A DNA stretch of 64,000 nucleotides. Origin: the human T2T-CHM13v2.0 reference genome, Homo sapiens. A program made the translations under genes and the position numbers. The notes below the pieces were generated by a model, which was not told where the DNA came from, ran no database searches, and saw only the letters and a list, made by a program, of their open reading frames with translations. The stretch lies in NCBI RefSeq assembly GCF_009914755.1, contig NC_060926.1; one strand, written 5' to 3'. Of the stretch, positions 39,743 through 52,429 are shown in pieces. Numbering within the stretch: position 1 is the first letter of the stretch; the number at the start of each line of letters is the position of its first letter.

Positions 39743-40399
39743 TGAGAGTGGCAGGAGGCAGCCAAATGCCTAGGCAGATACAGGCAGGTCCCCGGTGAAA
39801 CGCCACCTCCAAGCCGAAGACAGTAAAAAGCCTGAAAGCCAAGCTACATGTTAAATCCTCTGACTGGATTGAGAACTTGTGTTCCTGTTTAGTGCGCTTT
39901 CCTCTGATTTGTGCCTACCCTTCACCTATTTTACATATACCTACTCTTTCCTAATTGATTTTTCTATGCTATCATGCCCTCCTTTGAGTGGTATCTTCAC
40001 TTTAAGCTTTTCTGCATACTCACAAACCAATCAGCACACACTCCCCATTCTGAGTTCATAAAAGGCCCAGACCCAGCCACACAGGCAGAACTTTCCCACC
40101 TTCGGGTGAGGGCACCATTTCTCCCCTATCCCACATCCCCTGTCCACTGAAAGCTATTTTCATTGCTCAATAAAATTCTTCTCCCTCTCCACGCTTCAAT
40201 GTCCTGCTGTGTATCCTCATTCTTCTTGGGCATGGTACAAGAGCTCGGGAACCACCAAACAGAGGTACCAGCTATAACACAGCTATAACCAGCTTGTGGC
40301 CTTGGCACACACAAGCATGGCCTAGTGAGGCCCAGGTGGGGCATCACTGGCCCGGGGTCCCCAGCTTGCAAAGTGATCAAGAAGAAAAATCCTACATCA
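39743..40399 (+). mobile_element. ERV1 solo LTR (LTR27/LTR28-like), complete, inserted in a MIR
   Basis: TG...CA termini, 4-bp TSD attt (39739-39742 and 40400-40403), CCAAT 40027, CATAAAA 40057, AATAAA 40169; MIR-like sequence continues on both sides. Confidence 0.85.
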
Positions 40400-40970
40400 A
40401 TTTTATTGCTAACAGTGATGATCCAAAAAGTTAGAAGGCTTAACCAATATTACACAGCCAGTAAGTGTTCAAGTTCAGCTTCTATATCTAAAGTTTGAGT
40501 TCTTTTTACTTCAAAGACCAAATTTGATTAATTCCTAGTCAGAATGGTTAGGAAAATAAACTACGTCATTCATTAACTCATTCATTAGACCTTTACTAAC
40601 CCACTTACAAATCAGGGAAGCATTAAGCAGGGTATAGCAAGATTTCATTGCTTATAACAGAGGAGCTCATCTACACAAAGTTAACCAGTACTGAGCACAC
40701 CTTTCCATTTTTTGCAATACGTCTCTCAGCTGTTCATTCATTGGTTGAATAGTTACTGAACAAGTATTTGCTACCAAACAAGGGGTGTAGTGTAATAAGA
40801 AAACAGTCAGTCTTTCTAGAGTATACACATTAGTTGGGGTGGAGTGGGGCAGACATTAAACAAATACACAATATGCATTGTTAGTGATAGTGTCTGAAAA
40901 TAGACAGTGGGATGAGTATGTATTAGTCTGCCCAGCCTGCCATAAAGAACACCACAGGCTGGGGGGCTTA

Positions 40971-41401
40971 GGTTCAGTGAAGCATAGGCAGCCATGTAGA
41001 AATATGGTTGGACAAAAAGGATATTATCTCATAATTATAGACTAGGCGGGGGGACCCAGCAAGACCTGTCTGTTCAGATTCTTCATGGCCTCTGTGCAAC
41101 ATTCCTTCCTTCCATTAAACAAGGTAGATCAAAGCATTTCTTTATGGCAAATTCTTACACAGAAAGGCGGGATGGGGGATACAGTGTGGGGAGTCATAAT
41201 GATATTTTTAGGTTTTATGGCTGACTTTGGGAAAAGAGGGCTCTGGTTTCTATGACCCACCTTAAGGAACAGGGATTCTAGTTTCTATGACTTGTGTTGG
41301 AGAAGAATGAGGCCTAGAGATAGACAAAAGGACAGGAGAAGATCAGAAAGAAACTGCTTCCTAGGCCTTCATTTTGGGTTATTGTTTTCTGAGCCCCAAC
41401 A
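40971..41401 (-). mobile_element. MER39/MER34-group ERV1 LTR (partial)
   Basis: Reverse complement begins tgttggggctcagaaaacaataacccaaaatgaaggcct. Confidence 0.65.
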
Positions 41402-41709
41402 TTAGCCAATGAGCAGAGTGAGGGGGTTATGGGTGAAAAATTACCAAGAGGCATCAAGTGTAGGTTGATTCTTGCCAAACCTACCTAATCAGATTCTTGC
41501 TGAAGGCAGACCAAAGACACACATCAAAGCTGGAGGATAAGAAACTCAATCAGATACCCAGCGTGATCAAATGTCAAGGGTGGGGGATTCTCTCTAAACT
41601 GATTTTAGATTCTTGCTCCAAGAATCCAAAGGAGCCAAAGTCAAGTCTTCTAGTTAAGAAGAGAGCTCAGAGAAGCCTGGCTAAAGTTTGGTCAAGGAGA
41701 GACTCTTTG
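41402..41709 (-). mobile_element. MER31-like ERV1 LTR (partial)
   Basis: Reverse complement begins caaagagtctctccttgaccaaactttagccaggcttctctgagc. Confidence 0.65.
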
Positions 41710-42712
41710 CTTCTTTGTGCTCATGGAAAGAAAAGGAGATCTGGTGTCTCCTCCTCTTCTTATAAGGACTCAGTCCTGTTGGATTAGAGCCCTATCTTTA
41801 TGACCTCATCTAACCTTAATCACCTCCCTAAAGGCCTTATCTCCAAATGTAATCACGTTAGCAGTAAGGACTTCAATATATGAATGTTGGGGGTGGGGGA
41901 GGATATAATACAGTCCACAAAGGGTATAAATTAATAACTCTTCAGAGACACTTTGGCAGCATTGTTTGAAATCTATTGTGTACGTATATGGTTTAACATT
42001 TTTTTATCCTGCATATGTTTTTATTTTAAATTCAAAATGCTATCAAAAAGTAGTTTACATATTTAATAAATACTAATGGCTTTTAGAATTGAAATAAAGA
42101 AAAAAAAAGGTCAGGGACATGAATTTCTTACAATTTCATGAAGCCTTAATTAACTATATATTGTAGTTTACATGAATATCAAATAAATATAAGAAACGAG
42201 AACCATACATCAGTGAAAGAAACATTCCTGGAGTGGTTGGGGAATCGAAGAGTTCATGGAGAACACTTCAGTTAAATAAGGAGTTGAAAAATCAAGAGGA
42301 AGGAAGAGACAAAAGGAGCAGAGGAGACAGGCAGAAAGAAAGAGAAAGAAGAGGACCTTGCAGGAGAGGAGAAAAATACAAAGATGGAATTAATAGGTCT
42401 GCAAAAGAACTAGTCTAAGAAAATGTGAGGGTTTGTAACAGTAGAAAGTTCAGGATGAATACATTGTAGTCACAATACAAAAGTCCTTGAGGCTAAGCTG
42501 AGAAATTTATATTTTGTCATTTTGAAAAAATAATTTTGACCATGAGTGCTACTAATAAATCACTATGTGGTATCCCGGCAAGATAAGTCTTACGACAACA
42601 TGTGAACCTGCTCAATTTCCTTTGAGCCTCTCTCCAATTTTTTTCTCCTACCACATGAACCTGGGTACCTGCATTAATTTATTCTACCATTTTTTAAAGA
42701 TTGGTGTTCTGT

Positions 42713-43540
42713 TTGAATGGCTGTTATCAAAAAGACAATATATAAGTGTTGGAGAGAATGTGGAGAAAAGGAGACACTTGCCCACTGTTGATGGAAATAT
42801 AAATTAGTACAGCCATTATGGAGAACAGTTTGGTGGTTCTTCAAAAAATTAAAAATAGAACTACCATATGATCCAGCAATCCCACTACTGGATATATATC
42901 CAAAGAAACTGAAACCAAATGTCAAAGAGATATCTACACTCCTATGATGATTGCAACATTATTCACAATAGCCAAGATATGGAATCAACCTGTGTCCATC
43001 AACTGATGAATGGATCAATAAAATATGGGATATATACATAATGAAATATCATTCAGCCATAACAAAGAAAAAAATTTGCAACTACTTGGATAAACCTGGA
43101 GGACATTATGTTACATGAAATAAGACAGACTCAGAAAGACATATTCCTCATGGTCTTACTTGTATGTGAAATCTTTAAATGTTGATCTCATAGAAGTAGA
43201 GAGTAGAATGGTGGTTATCAGGAGCTGTGGCAGTGATGTTGGGGGTATGCTGGGGAGATGTTGCTCAAAGATAACGAAGTTTCTGTTTGGTAGGGGAAGT
43301 AAATTCAAGAGATCTATTATACAATATGGTGACTGTAGTTAATAACAATATATTGTATTCCTGAAAAATGTTAACAGAATAGATTGTAAATGTTCTCACC
43401 ACAAAAAATGACAACTATGTGAAGTAATACATATGATATCAAGCTTGATTTAGCCATTCTACAATGTATACATATTTCAAAACATCATATTATACATGAT
43501 AAATATATATAATTTTATCTGCTAATTGAATAAATAATAA
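42713..43540 (+). mobile_element. L1MA 3' end, 5' truncated, with recognisable TSD
   Basis: ORF2 end aaatagaactaccatatgatccagcaatcccactactgg and L1MA 3'UTR; 17-bp TSD aaagattggtgttctgt (42696-42712) / aaagtttggtgttttgt (43540-43556). Confidence 0.9.
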
Positions 43541-43944
43541 AAGTTTGGTGTTTTGTATGCAACTTAGAGACAAATGAACAGATGGCTTTCTGTCAAGTAG
43601 TGTTACATTTCTTCAGCTATATTCTGATGCTGAGCAGAAAACAGCAGTGTAGTATATAAATAAGCAAAAATACTGATACATGTGCCCCATTGCTGCTCAA
43701 CGTTCCCTATATTACAGTGCCAATTCATATTTTATTTATAAAATAAAATATTTGTTTATATGTATATATATTTAATCAGAGTCAGCATAAGCTACCAATT
43801 TAGCAAAGTGAGTTTTAAGCTGATATCACCAGGCATTGTTATTTATTTTCAACCTTTGTCAACAAGGAAGAATCCTAACATAGCTACAGGACCCAGCCCA
43901 TCATACCCATTCATCCTTGAGATGGAGATATTTATTGCTCACCA

Positions 43945-44285
43945 GATATCAGATATCCATTTATCCCCCATGTTTCTCCACCCCTTGCATTTAAGCAACA
44001 TGTTCAGTACAGTGGGCTGTAAGAGGAAGTGATGTGTGTCACTTCCTCATTAAGGCATTTAAGAGCCTGTGCTCAGCCCTCCAGATGTCTTCTTTTGCTG
44101 CTGCTGTAATCCTGAAGGCTGTGAGTTGAGCCACAAGAAGGATGTACCTAGAGAGCTCTGTCACTGCATGAGAGAGAAGTGGCCTGGAGAGTCTTCCTAC
44201 TCACATCAGGATTTGTGTAAACAGGTTATAACCTTTATTGTGTAAAGCCTCTGAGACTTAAGCCTTACTTTTCTGACTAATCTAA
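43945..44285 (+). mobile_element. MLT1 (ERVL-MaLR) LTR, old
   Basis: ggaagtgatgtgtgtcacttcc ... aaggcatttaagagcc ... aacctttattgtgtaaagcctctgaga. Confidence 0.65.
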
Positions 44286-45023
44286 TTGTTTATCCTTCAC
44301 CTACTTGTATACTATTTTTACTGCCTTGAATTATGTTGAGATGCTTCAGACAAGACTAGATCATTTCTACTAAATCAGCTTAACCCAGCCCGTTAGTCCT
44401 CTACAATAGCCTGGAGCTTCTGGGTTTAGAGATGAAAGGAGATAATTCTTACTGTCTACCTTACCCAAGTTCTCTGCTCCACTGAAGACCATATGTTATT
44501 TGCATAGGAATTTGCTAACAGCTCTTAATCCTTTCAAATTATATTTTGAAATAAGTTTCCTTTGCAAGAAACATAAGTTTCTCTTAAAAGGAACTTTGAC
44601 AAAAGCTCCAAGAAAGAAAGATCATTCTCTGATATTTTCAATTATCAGTGCCTTTGGGACACCATGACTTCCTTCTACTCACAAATATGTAGATAACTAA
44701 TTCTATAATAAGCACATTAGGGAGTAGAACTGGTTTAGTAGCATGTTAGACTAAATGATTTTATGTTGGCATCTGCTTTCCTATTTAAAAGACTGCTTGA
44801 ATAATAGATATTTTCCCAACTGTTTTGGACATTCAGTCTTCAATAGCTAAAATATTGTTATCCTGGACAAGTGCACTAAATTACATGAATTGCTCAAAAT
44901 CTTGGTAGGTCAGATTGATAGTGGAGGTGGAGTACAATGTTATTGTTGTTTATTTGAGAATTGACTGAATAGCTTAATGCTAGTCATTGAGGTTAAGCTT
45001 AGCCTTTAGAAACACTATTCGGA

Positions 45024-45355
<332 letters not shown>

Positions 45356-45367
45356 TCAGGCATCTTG

Positions 45368-45669
<302 letters not shown>

Positions 45670-46489
45670 GATGTTTTGCTTATCTGGCAAAGTCTATCAA
45701 ACATGAGATTTAAAAACTAAATGATACTTACAATGTGTTTCGAAGGAAACTAAAGAGTATATCCTGGCTCAACAATCCAGGGAAGATTTTATCTTGATGA
45801 CTTTGTTGTTTAATAAAACCTGAGTTCTTACAGCCGTTGAGGAAACCACAACATGGCAACATTTTCTCCAGGAGACTCTGAAAATCTGCATGAATTTATC
45901 ATTATAGCCTCAATGCTGTAGGTAGCAAATAACTTGGACATAAATATGAGAACAGCCAAACATATATGCAGCCTAAGCACATTGCATGCATATCTTATTT
46001 TACGGAGTAACCAGCTAATAAAAGCTGACTTCGTTTATAGCTGAACAAGTATTTTGGGTTCCTCATTAAATGATTTACTCAGCTTACTTTGTGATGCCAG
46101 TGTGCAGTGTACATCCTATTCTCTGCCTTGTGTAGGCTAACTCTTAAATATAATTGTTAAGCAGTTGACTTTGTCATGTGTTGTAAGTCATGATTCTCAA
46201 CAGTGTTCATATCTGGCTCTAAAAGGTTCTGGAAGGTAGCATAAGCACACCTGGTAGAAATAATGGAATGATATAATGGGAGGCAGAACTGTGGCTGAGT
46301 ATACTACAATTTGTTCAAGAAGCTGAATGTGCTGAGTAAAAAAAGTACTTTGTAGGTAATTCTAGTAAATTAAAAGTTGCCATCAGTGTAATATCATTCC
46401 TCAGAGAAGCCACAAGCCCTTAGGCTCAAAATTGTCTCTAGCCAGAGTTGAAGACCTAAAACCAATTCTCAGTGTCTGTGGAGTTGGTA

Positions 46490-46685
46490 TGTAGCTAAAA
46501 GATTTGGGCACTTTCTAGCCTTGTGATGCTGGGAAGGACACTTAAACTCTCTTGGCCTGTTTTCTCATTTGTAAAGTGGGGACAATAATAGAGGATGATG
46601 GTGAGGAATAAATTACTTAATATATATGAAGTGCTTGGATCATTGTCTAGCACACAATAAATTATGTATAAATGTTTGCTAATAT
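46490..46685 (+). mobile_element. MIR
   Basis: gcctgttttctcatttgtaaagtggggacaataatag ... gtgaggaataaa ... aagtgcttgg. Confidence 0.7.
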
Positions 46686-47231
46686 TATTTTAGGCATGTT
46701 GCAGCCACTTTATATAATGAATCTAATGTTAAAACTATGTTGTTAATGTTGTAAAAAAATTAGTGTTAAAGTAATTTAATGCTATTTATATGGGTACAAA
46801 GGATCACTTCTAACTATCCTATGTTAATTTAAAATTTCGTATGCCTTGTGGAATAGGCCATAAGTTGCTCTTTAAAAATAAATCCCTGAGAGTATGTATC
46901 TCTTTCTCATAAAGTCTAGAAAATTATAGTTATTTCTATTTTTTATAATAAACAAAACCTCATAAAAGTCAAGCTTATGTGAAAATGGGCCATTCTTTTT
47001 ATGACTGATAGGTATTGGGTACCCTGAATTTTTTAATAATCGTCTCATCCTTTGGCCAATAATTTCCCAATTCTTTTGGGATGAAATAAGCTTTTAAGTA
47101 TTTAGGGTTGGAATTTCACTTTCATTCATATGTAACTACTGAGTTAATTTTTGGAAAGACTAAAAGACAGGATTTTTTTTAGTGTTGTTTTTAATATTAC
47201 CCAAATAATGAACATGCTCTTTGATAACAGA

Positions 47232-47447
47232 TAGGTTAAATGTTTTCTGTAAATGGCCAGATAGTAAATGTTTTGAGCTTTGCAGGCCATATAGTCTGTC
47301 AGAATCATTCAAGTCTGGCATTATGGCATGAAAGCAGCCATATACAACGTGGAAGTGCGTGGGAGTGGCTATGTGCCAAAAGCACTGTATTTTTTAAAAA
47401 AGGCAGCAGCAGGATGGTTCTGACCCATGGACCATAGTTTACTGATT
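47232..47447. mobile_element. MER58A (hAT-Charlie)
   Basis: ttttctgtaaatggccagatagtaaatgttttgagctttgcaggccatatagtctg ... gacccatggaccatagtttactga. Confidence 0.8.
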
Positions 47448-49163
47448 CATATTTTATAAAATTCATTTTTTTTCTTATTTTTACTAGGGTAAAAGACATA
47501 CACATAGAATGTGTACTCACACACTTATCCATATGCATATGTGCTTACTTAAAAATCATGAAGATGAAGCACAAAAAACAAGCACTTTAAGAAATTTAAG
47601 AAAAATACATAATTTCAAGAGAAAATAAAACAGATATTCTATCCAGCATTCATTTGTTAAGTACACAAAGACTCTTTCTATCCAAATAAGCTCCAGAGCT
47701 GGCCTACCATTCTACTTTAGTTCTAAAACCAACTTAGAAGGTTTAATTTGCTAATAATCAAAATTGTCCTTAAAAATTCTCTAAATAGTCTGAAGTTATT
47801 GTGCATAGAACTCTGTATTATACTGTTATATATATTCCAAATGTGAGAACCACTGAGCTGGACTAAAGAAAAAAAAAGCTATATGCAAAGATTTGGACGG
47901 TCAGACCTTTCTTTTTAAAATAGTTATCAAATTATTACAGGGAATGGAGAATTCTACCATGTTTCTTCTTGCCTGCAGACATTTTTAAATGTTTATTTAA
48001 ATGTTAAGACATTCTAACTTTAATATGTACTAATAGGACTTGTTTGCTGCTGCACATTGTGTGTAAATATTCACAGATTAAATGAGCTAACACATGTAAA
48101 AGCACTTCATACACAGCTCTGGCCCAGACCATATTTTTTGCTTTTGAATCAAACTTATGTCTGCTCATATCCATATACACATTGGTCCTTAGAGGTTCAT
48201 ACAGAAGAATTGAGCCATCTGCATCTTGTCTTTCCAACTTGCATTTCCTAGTGGGTCTTAAAGAAGAGTTAATAGGTGTCAGAGTTTGAGTCTGGGTTCC
48301 TTACCTGTAGAGCAACATCTTCCTAGAAGATATGACGGGGTCCACTCTACCAGGAGTAAAATCACACAGGTCCTGACAAAACGCATGGAGATACATAGAT
48401 TTAGATACCTAGTATAAGAGAGCTGGACTATAAAATGGCCCTCAGCTCTGCAATCCCTTATGTATTGTGCGTCCTTTGTAGTCCTCTATAGATGAAGATA
48501 GTTACACCTGAATGGCTTATGAAGTAGAAAACAAGCCTCGTGCTTTCTAGTAATTCTGTTTATTTCTACATACCACTTCAGTAAGAAGTATTCTGTATTG
48601 TTCTAGGTGGAGTTCCTAAGCAGAACTGCTAATCCAGAATGACATTTAGGATTCTGAATGTCAAAATAAGTTTAGTACTCCATGGAGAAAATTTAATGAG
48701 TTGTTAAAAAATTCCTCTCCATCCTGTGCTGGAGAGAATCAATGCAGACTGGGCTGGAGGCCCAGTCCTTTAAAGATTACTGGATATAATTAATGATTTA
48801 CTAGAATGAATGTATTCTCTTGGGAGAAAATATGATTGTCTGCTATTTATTAGCTGAAGACAATTTAAAAATTTATTCTCCCTTGGATGTAATACCTATA
48901 AAGTGCCATTGGAGTGGTTTTCAAAGTGAGAAAAAGCATGCAGCAGTTAGCATTTTCACTTTTCTATTCTATCTGTGATAGTTCCCAGCCAGTGATAAAT
49001 GCTCAGTGTATGACCACTATAAAGAACCATGATGATATCCATCTCATAGTCTTATAGTTGCCAGAAGAGAAAGCCACAAGATGAATTCTGTTGTTGAGCT
49101 ACTTGATGTGATTAATGTATATGGATCAGGGATTAAACTATTAATTTTCTATTTTTTTAACAG

Positions 49164-49240
49164 AAAGAAGCCAGAAAATATTATCAACCCTTTGAGAACA
49201 CGACACAACGAACTTTATATTTTACCACTTCCTTGAATAG
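49164..49240 (+). other. MAP2: MAP2 5'UTR exon (77 nt, non-coding)
   Basis: ttttctatttttttaacag|aaagaagccagaaaatattatcaaccctttgagaacacgacacaacgaactttatattttaccacttccttgaatag|gtaaga; recognised as the MAP2 5'UTR segment before the ATG exon; strong splice sites. Confidence 0.87.
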
Positions 49241-49539
49241 GTAAGACTCTCTCTACTCTGAAAGAGTTACCTACAAGTGTGAAAAATAACTCTTTGCTAA
49301 CCTTTTGTTTTTTAAAATCTTTAAATAAGTAACAATTCATTTTAGTAATGGAGAAATAACTTATAAATAGTTATTTCTAATATTTTAATAGTTATAGCTA
49401 ATAAATTCAGTGTTATTAAAACAGCACTTCATAGTGTTGAGTTGACTTAATAGTAAGAAAATGACAAGCTCTTTCTCTTAAATCAGGATTGAATTCAGCC
49501 TGTCTCTCCTGCCTTGGTTGACAATGCCAACGGTATTTC

Positions 49540-49760
49540 TTCAGTACCTGTTACATGCCAAGCATGATCCTACATGACTTAATTTGCATAAATCAATTCA
49601 TTTACTTCTTACAACAGTTCTATGACGTAGATATGGGGATCATCCCCATTTTAGAGATTAGGGGCATGAGGCAGAGAGAGAAGCAGGTGGATGCAGGGAT
49701 TCACCTGAGATTGCATACATGGCTTTGGAAGCAGGCACTGGACAGAACACCAGCCCCAGC
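49540..49760 (-). mobile_element. MIR
   Basis: atcatccccattttagagattaggggcatgaggcagagag. Confidence 0.65.
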
Positions 49761-50246
49761 TGTTATTAGGAGAGTAGTTTCATGTTGTGGTAGAAATGTC
49801 TAGCAATCAGACTTTCCTACATTTTGAGTAGTTTTTATCAAAATTTATGGAATAAAAATAACAGTGCATTTACTGAACGCGCTATAAATGCATAGCAGAT
49901 AAACTTTTATGTTTGCATTTGTTCCTCACAAAATTTTTGCATGAGTAAATAAAGGAATATATATGCTTTAGCTCAGTTACAAGCAGAAATAATATTTTCC
50001 TTTATTTTACATCTTTCTTTAAACTCAAAATTCCTATGATAAAAGCATAATAAAATTATGGAAAGATTATAAATGAATGATTTCTTATTCTAGGAAATAT
50101 ATTTCAATTTAGTTTTTTTAAATTAGAAGTACTGAATATATAATCTTAAATTGGCCACAGCAGTATTCACTTTCTTGTTTTTATTATTTGTTTTTAAGCA
50201 AGAAAATTTATAAGATGTTCAAAGCAAAATATAAAAAAATATTATA

Positions 50247-50530
50247 GGCCGGGTGTGGTGGCTCACACCTGTAATCCCAGCACTTTGAGGCCAAGGTGGG
50301 CAGATCATGAGGTCAGGAGTTTGAGATCAGCCTGGCCAACATAGTGAAACCCCATCTCTACCAAAAATACAAAAAATTAGCCAGGTATGGTGGTGGGCAC
50401 CTGTAATCCCAGCTACTGGGGAGGCTGAGGCAGGAGTATCTCTTGAACCTGGGAGGTGGAGGTTGCAGTGGCTGAGATCACAACATTGCACTCCAGCCCA
50501 GGTGACAGTGCAAGACTCTGTCTCAAAAAA
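50247..50530 (+). mobile_element. AluS (AluSg-like) inserted in old L1
   Basis: ggccgggtgtggtggctcacacctgtaatcc ... gatcatgaggtcagg ... gactctgtctcaaaaaa; TSD-like atattatag/atattacag. Confidence 0.93.
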
Positions 50531-52195
50531 GTATATATATTACAGCAAATACCTAAGCATCCACCACACAGATTAAACAAATGCTAACATGCAGCTATAT
50601 TAAAATCTTGTCTAAAAAAATAATCACAGAAGTCATCAAAGCTCTTCTTGCTTCCTTTTTAGTTTCTTCCATTCTTCCAGAGATGTCAAAACCCTAAAGA
50701 TCATATAACCTTCCTGTGTGTGTTCTAACACTGCTATGACATGTGTAAGAAACAAATGTTGAACAATTATTAACATTTTAAAAGTTTACATGAAGGGCAT
50801 CACACTGTAGATATTCTTTTGCATCTCATCTTTACCCAATATTATATGTAGAGATTCTTTCATATCGAGGCATGAAGATCTGGTTGACACCTTCTGTTAT
50901 AAAGTTGACTCATCTTAATGTTTTAATCTTCTGGTGCCTAGTATTATTAATTATTATTTCTAAATAACTTTCAGCATTTTAAAGGTTTAATGTTAAAATG
51001 GTTTAAGCATGGCTTGCAAAACTTATTTGAGATTTATGTATAAGGAATTCAAAGTTTTTAATATATAATATCATGCCAATCCTGCTTATGTTTTATTTTT
51101 TTCAACTAGAAAAACATTTTTTTATTTGGTTTGTAAGGATCTTACTAATCTAATGGGACTCATGATTTTCATTCTTTTGCTATAACACAATAATTAGAAT
51201 CTGTTTTATTTCCCTATACATGAAACACTTACTATTCCCAAATATAGTATAAATTACTACCTTTGGAATTTAAGATACTTAAAAGTGAAATATCTTGGTC
51301 TGGCCTATGTTAGTTGCTCATATTCTAGAAAATAATGGAGGAAACTAAAAAAGAAATTTTTTTTCAAAATGTTTTCTAACACTATAGCTAATTTTAGAAT
51401 TTGTTTAAGGTAAAAGAAATGTTAGTATATGGTAGTGAAATAGTAGACATAGACTCTCTCCCAACTTTTATTTTCTGAGAGAAGTAAATTATTTCGTCAA
51501 AGTTGGGGGAGGAAGAGGAATAGAAGACTAACCTTTTTGGGCAAATTTGAGTAAGTAAATTTGAGATTTTATATAAGTCTCTTAGGTCAGAAATGCATTA
51601 CCATTTTGCATAGGAGGCAAATAAGGCCCAAATACCTCAGGTAACTTACTCAAGATCATATAATGATTGCAGAGCCTGCATTCAAACTCATCCCTTTCAG
51701 GCTCTGAAGCTATTCTGCCTACCAGAAAATAAATTGGAAAAACCTAATCTGTTTGTCACATATATAGAAATTTTATTCATGCCACTAATATTTATTGGGA
51801 TCCTTTTATGTGAGTTGAGGTCCAGTGTTAGGAAAGCAAGGAAGACACAGTACCTAAAATGAGAAACAGTCTATTGAAAACCACGAAGATTAATTTAGTG
51901 ATACCACTAAATGTGACTATTTAATTAGACATTTTTATTTTGCTGTGATATCCTCACACTGCTTACCAGGTGATTACCTTTGAAATTGCCTAGCCATGCC
52001 AATTCAATTAAACTGGATAGGATAATAGGAGTGAAAATGTTTTGCAAATGACAAAATCTTTGCAATCATTTGCTAATATTACTAATTCTCATATTCCATG
52101 AATTTAGAGTTGAATACTTCTATCCTAACACATGTACTTCTAAATGTGTTTGAAGTTTGAGTCTTACTAACTTATGTAGAATTCACATATTTTTC

Positions 52196-52429
52196 GGCCG
52201 GGCACGGTGACTCACGCCTGTAATCCCAGCACTTTGGGAGGCCGAGGCAGACAGATCACAAGGTCAGGAGTTTGAGACCAGCCTGACCAACATGGTGAAA
52301 CCCCCGTCTCTACTAAAAATAAAAAATTAGCCGGGCATGGTGGCACGTGCCTGTAATCCCAGCTACTCAGGAGGCTGAAGAAGGAGAATCGCTTGAACCC
52401 GGGAGACGGAGGTTGCAGTGAGCCGAGAT
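52196..52429 (+). mobile_element. AluS, 3' truncated and without polyA tail
   Basis: Ends at gcagtgagccgagat; flanked by atatttttc at 52187-52195 and 52428-52436. Confidence 0.92.

Larger units (their letters stand above)
40919..41920 (-). mobile_element. MLT1A/B LTR split by nested ERV1 LTRs
   Basis: tgtattagtctgcccagcctgccataa at 40919-40970 and tcttcttataaggac ... ttatgacctcatctaaccttaatcacctccctaaaggccttatctccaaat at about 41710-41920. Confidence 0.8.
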
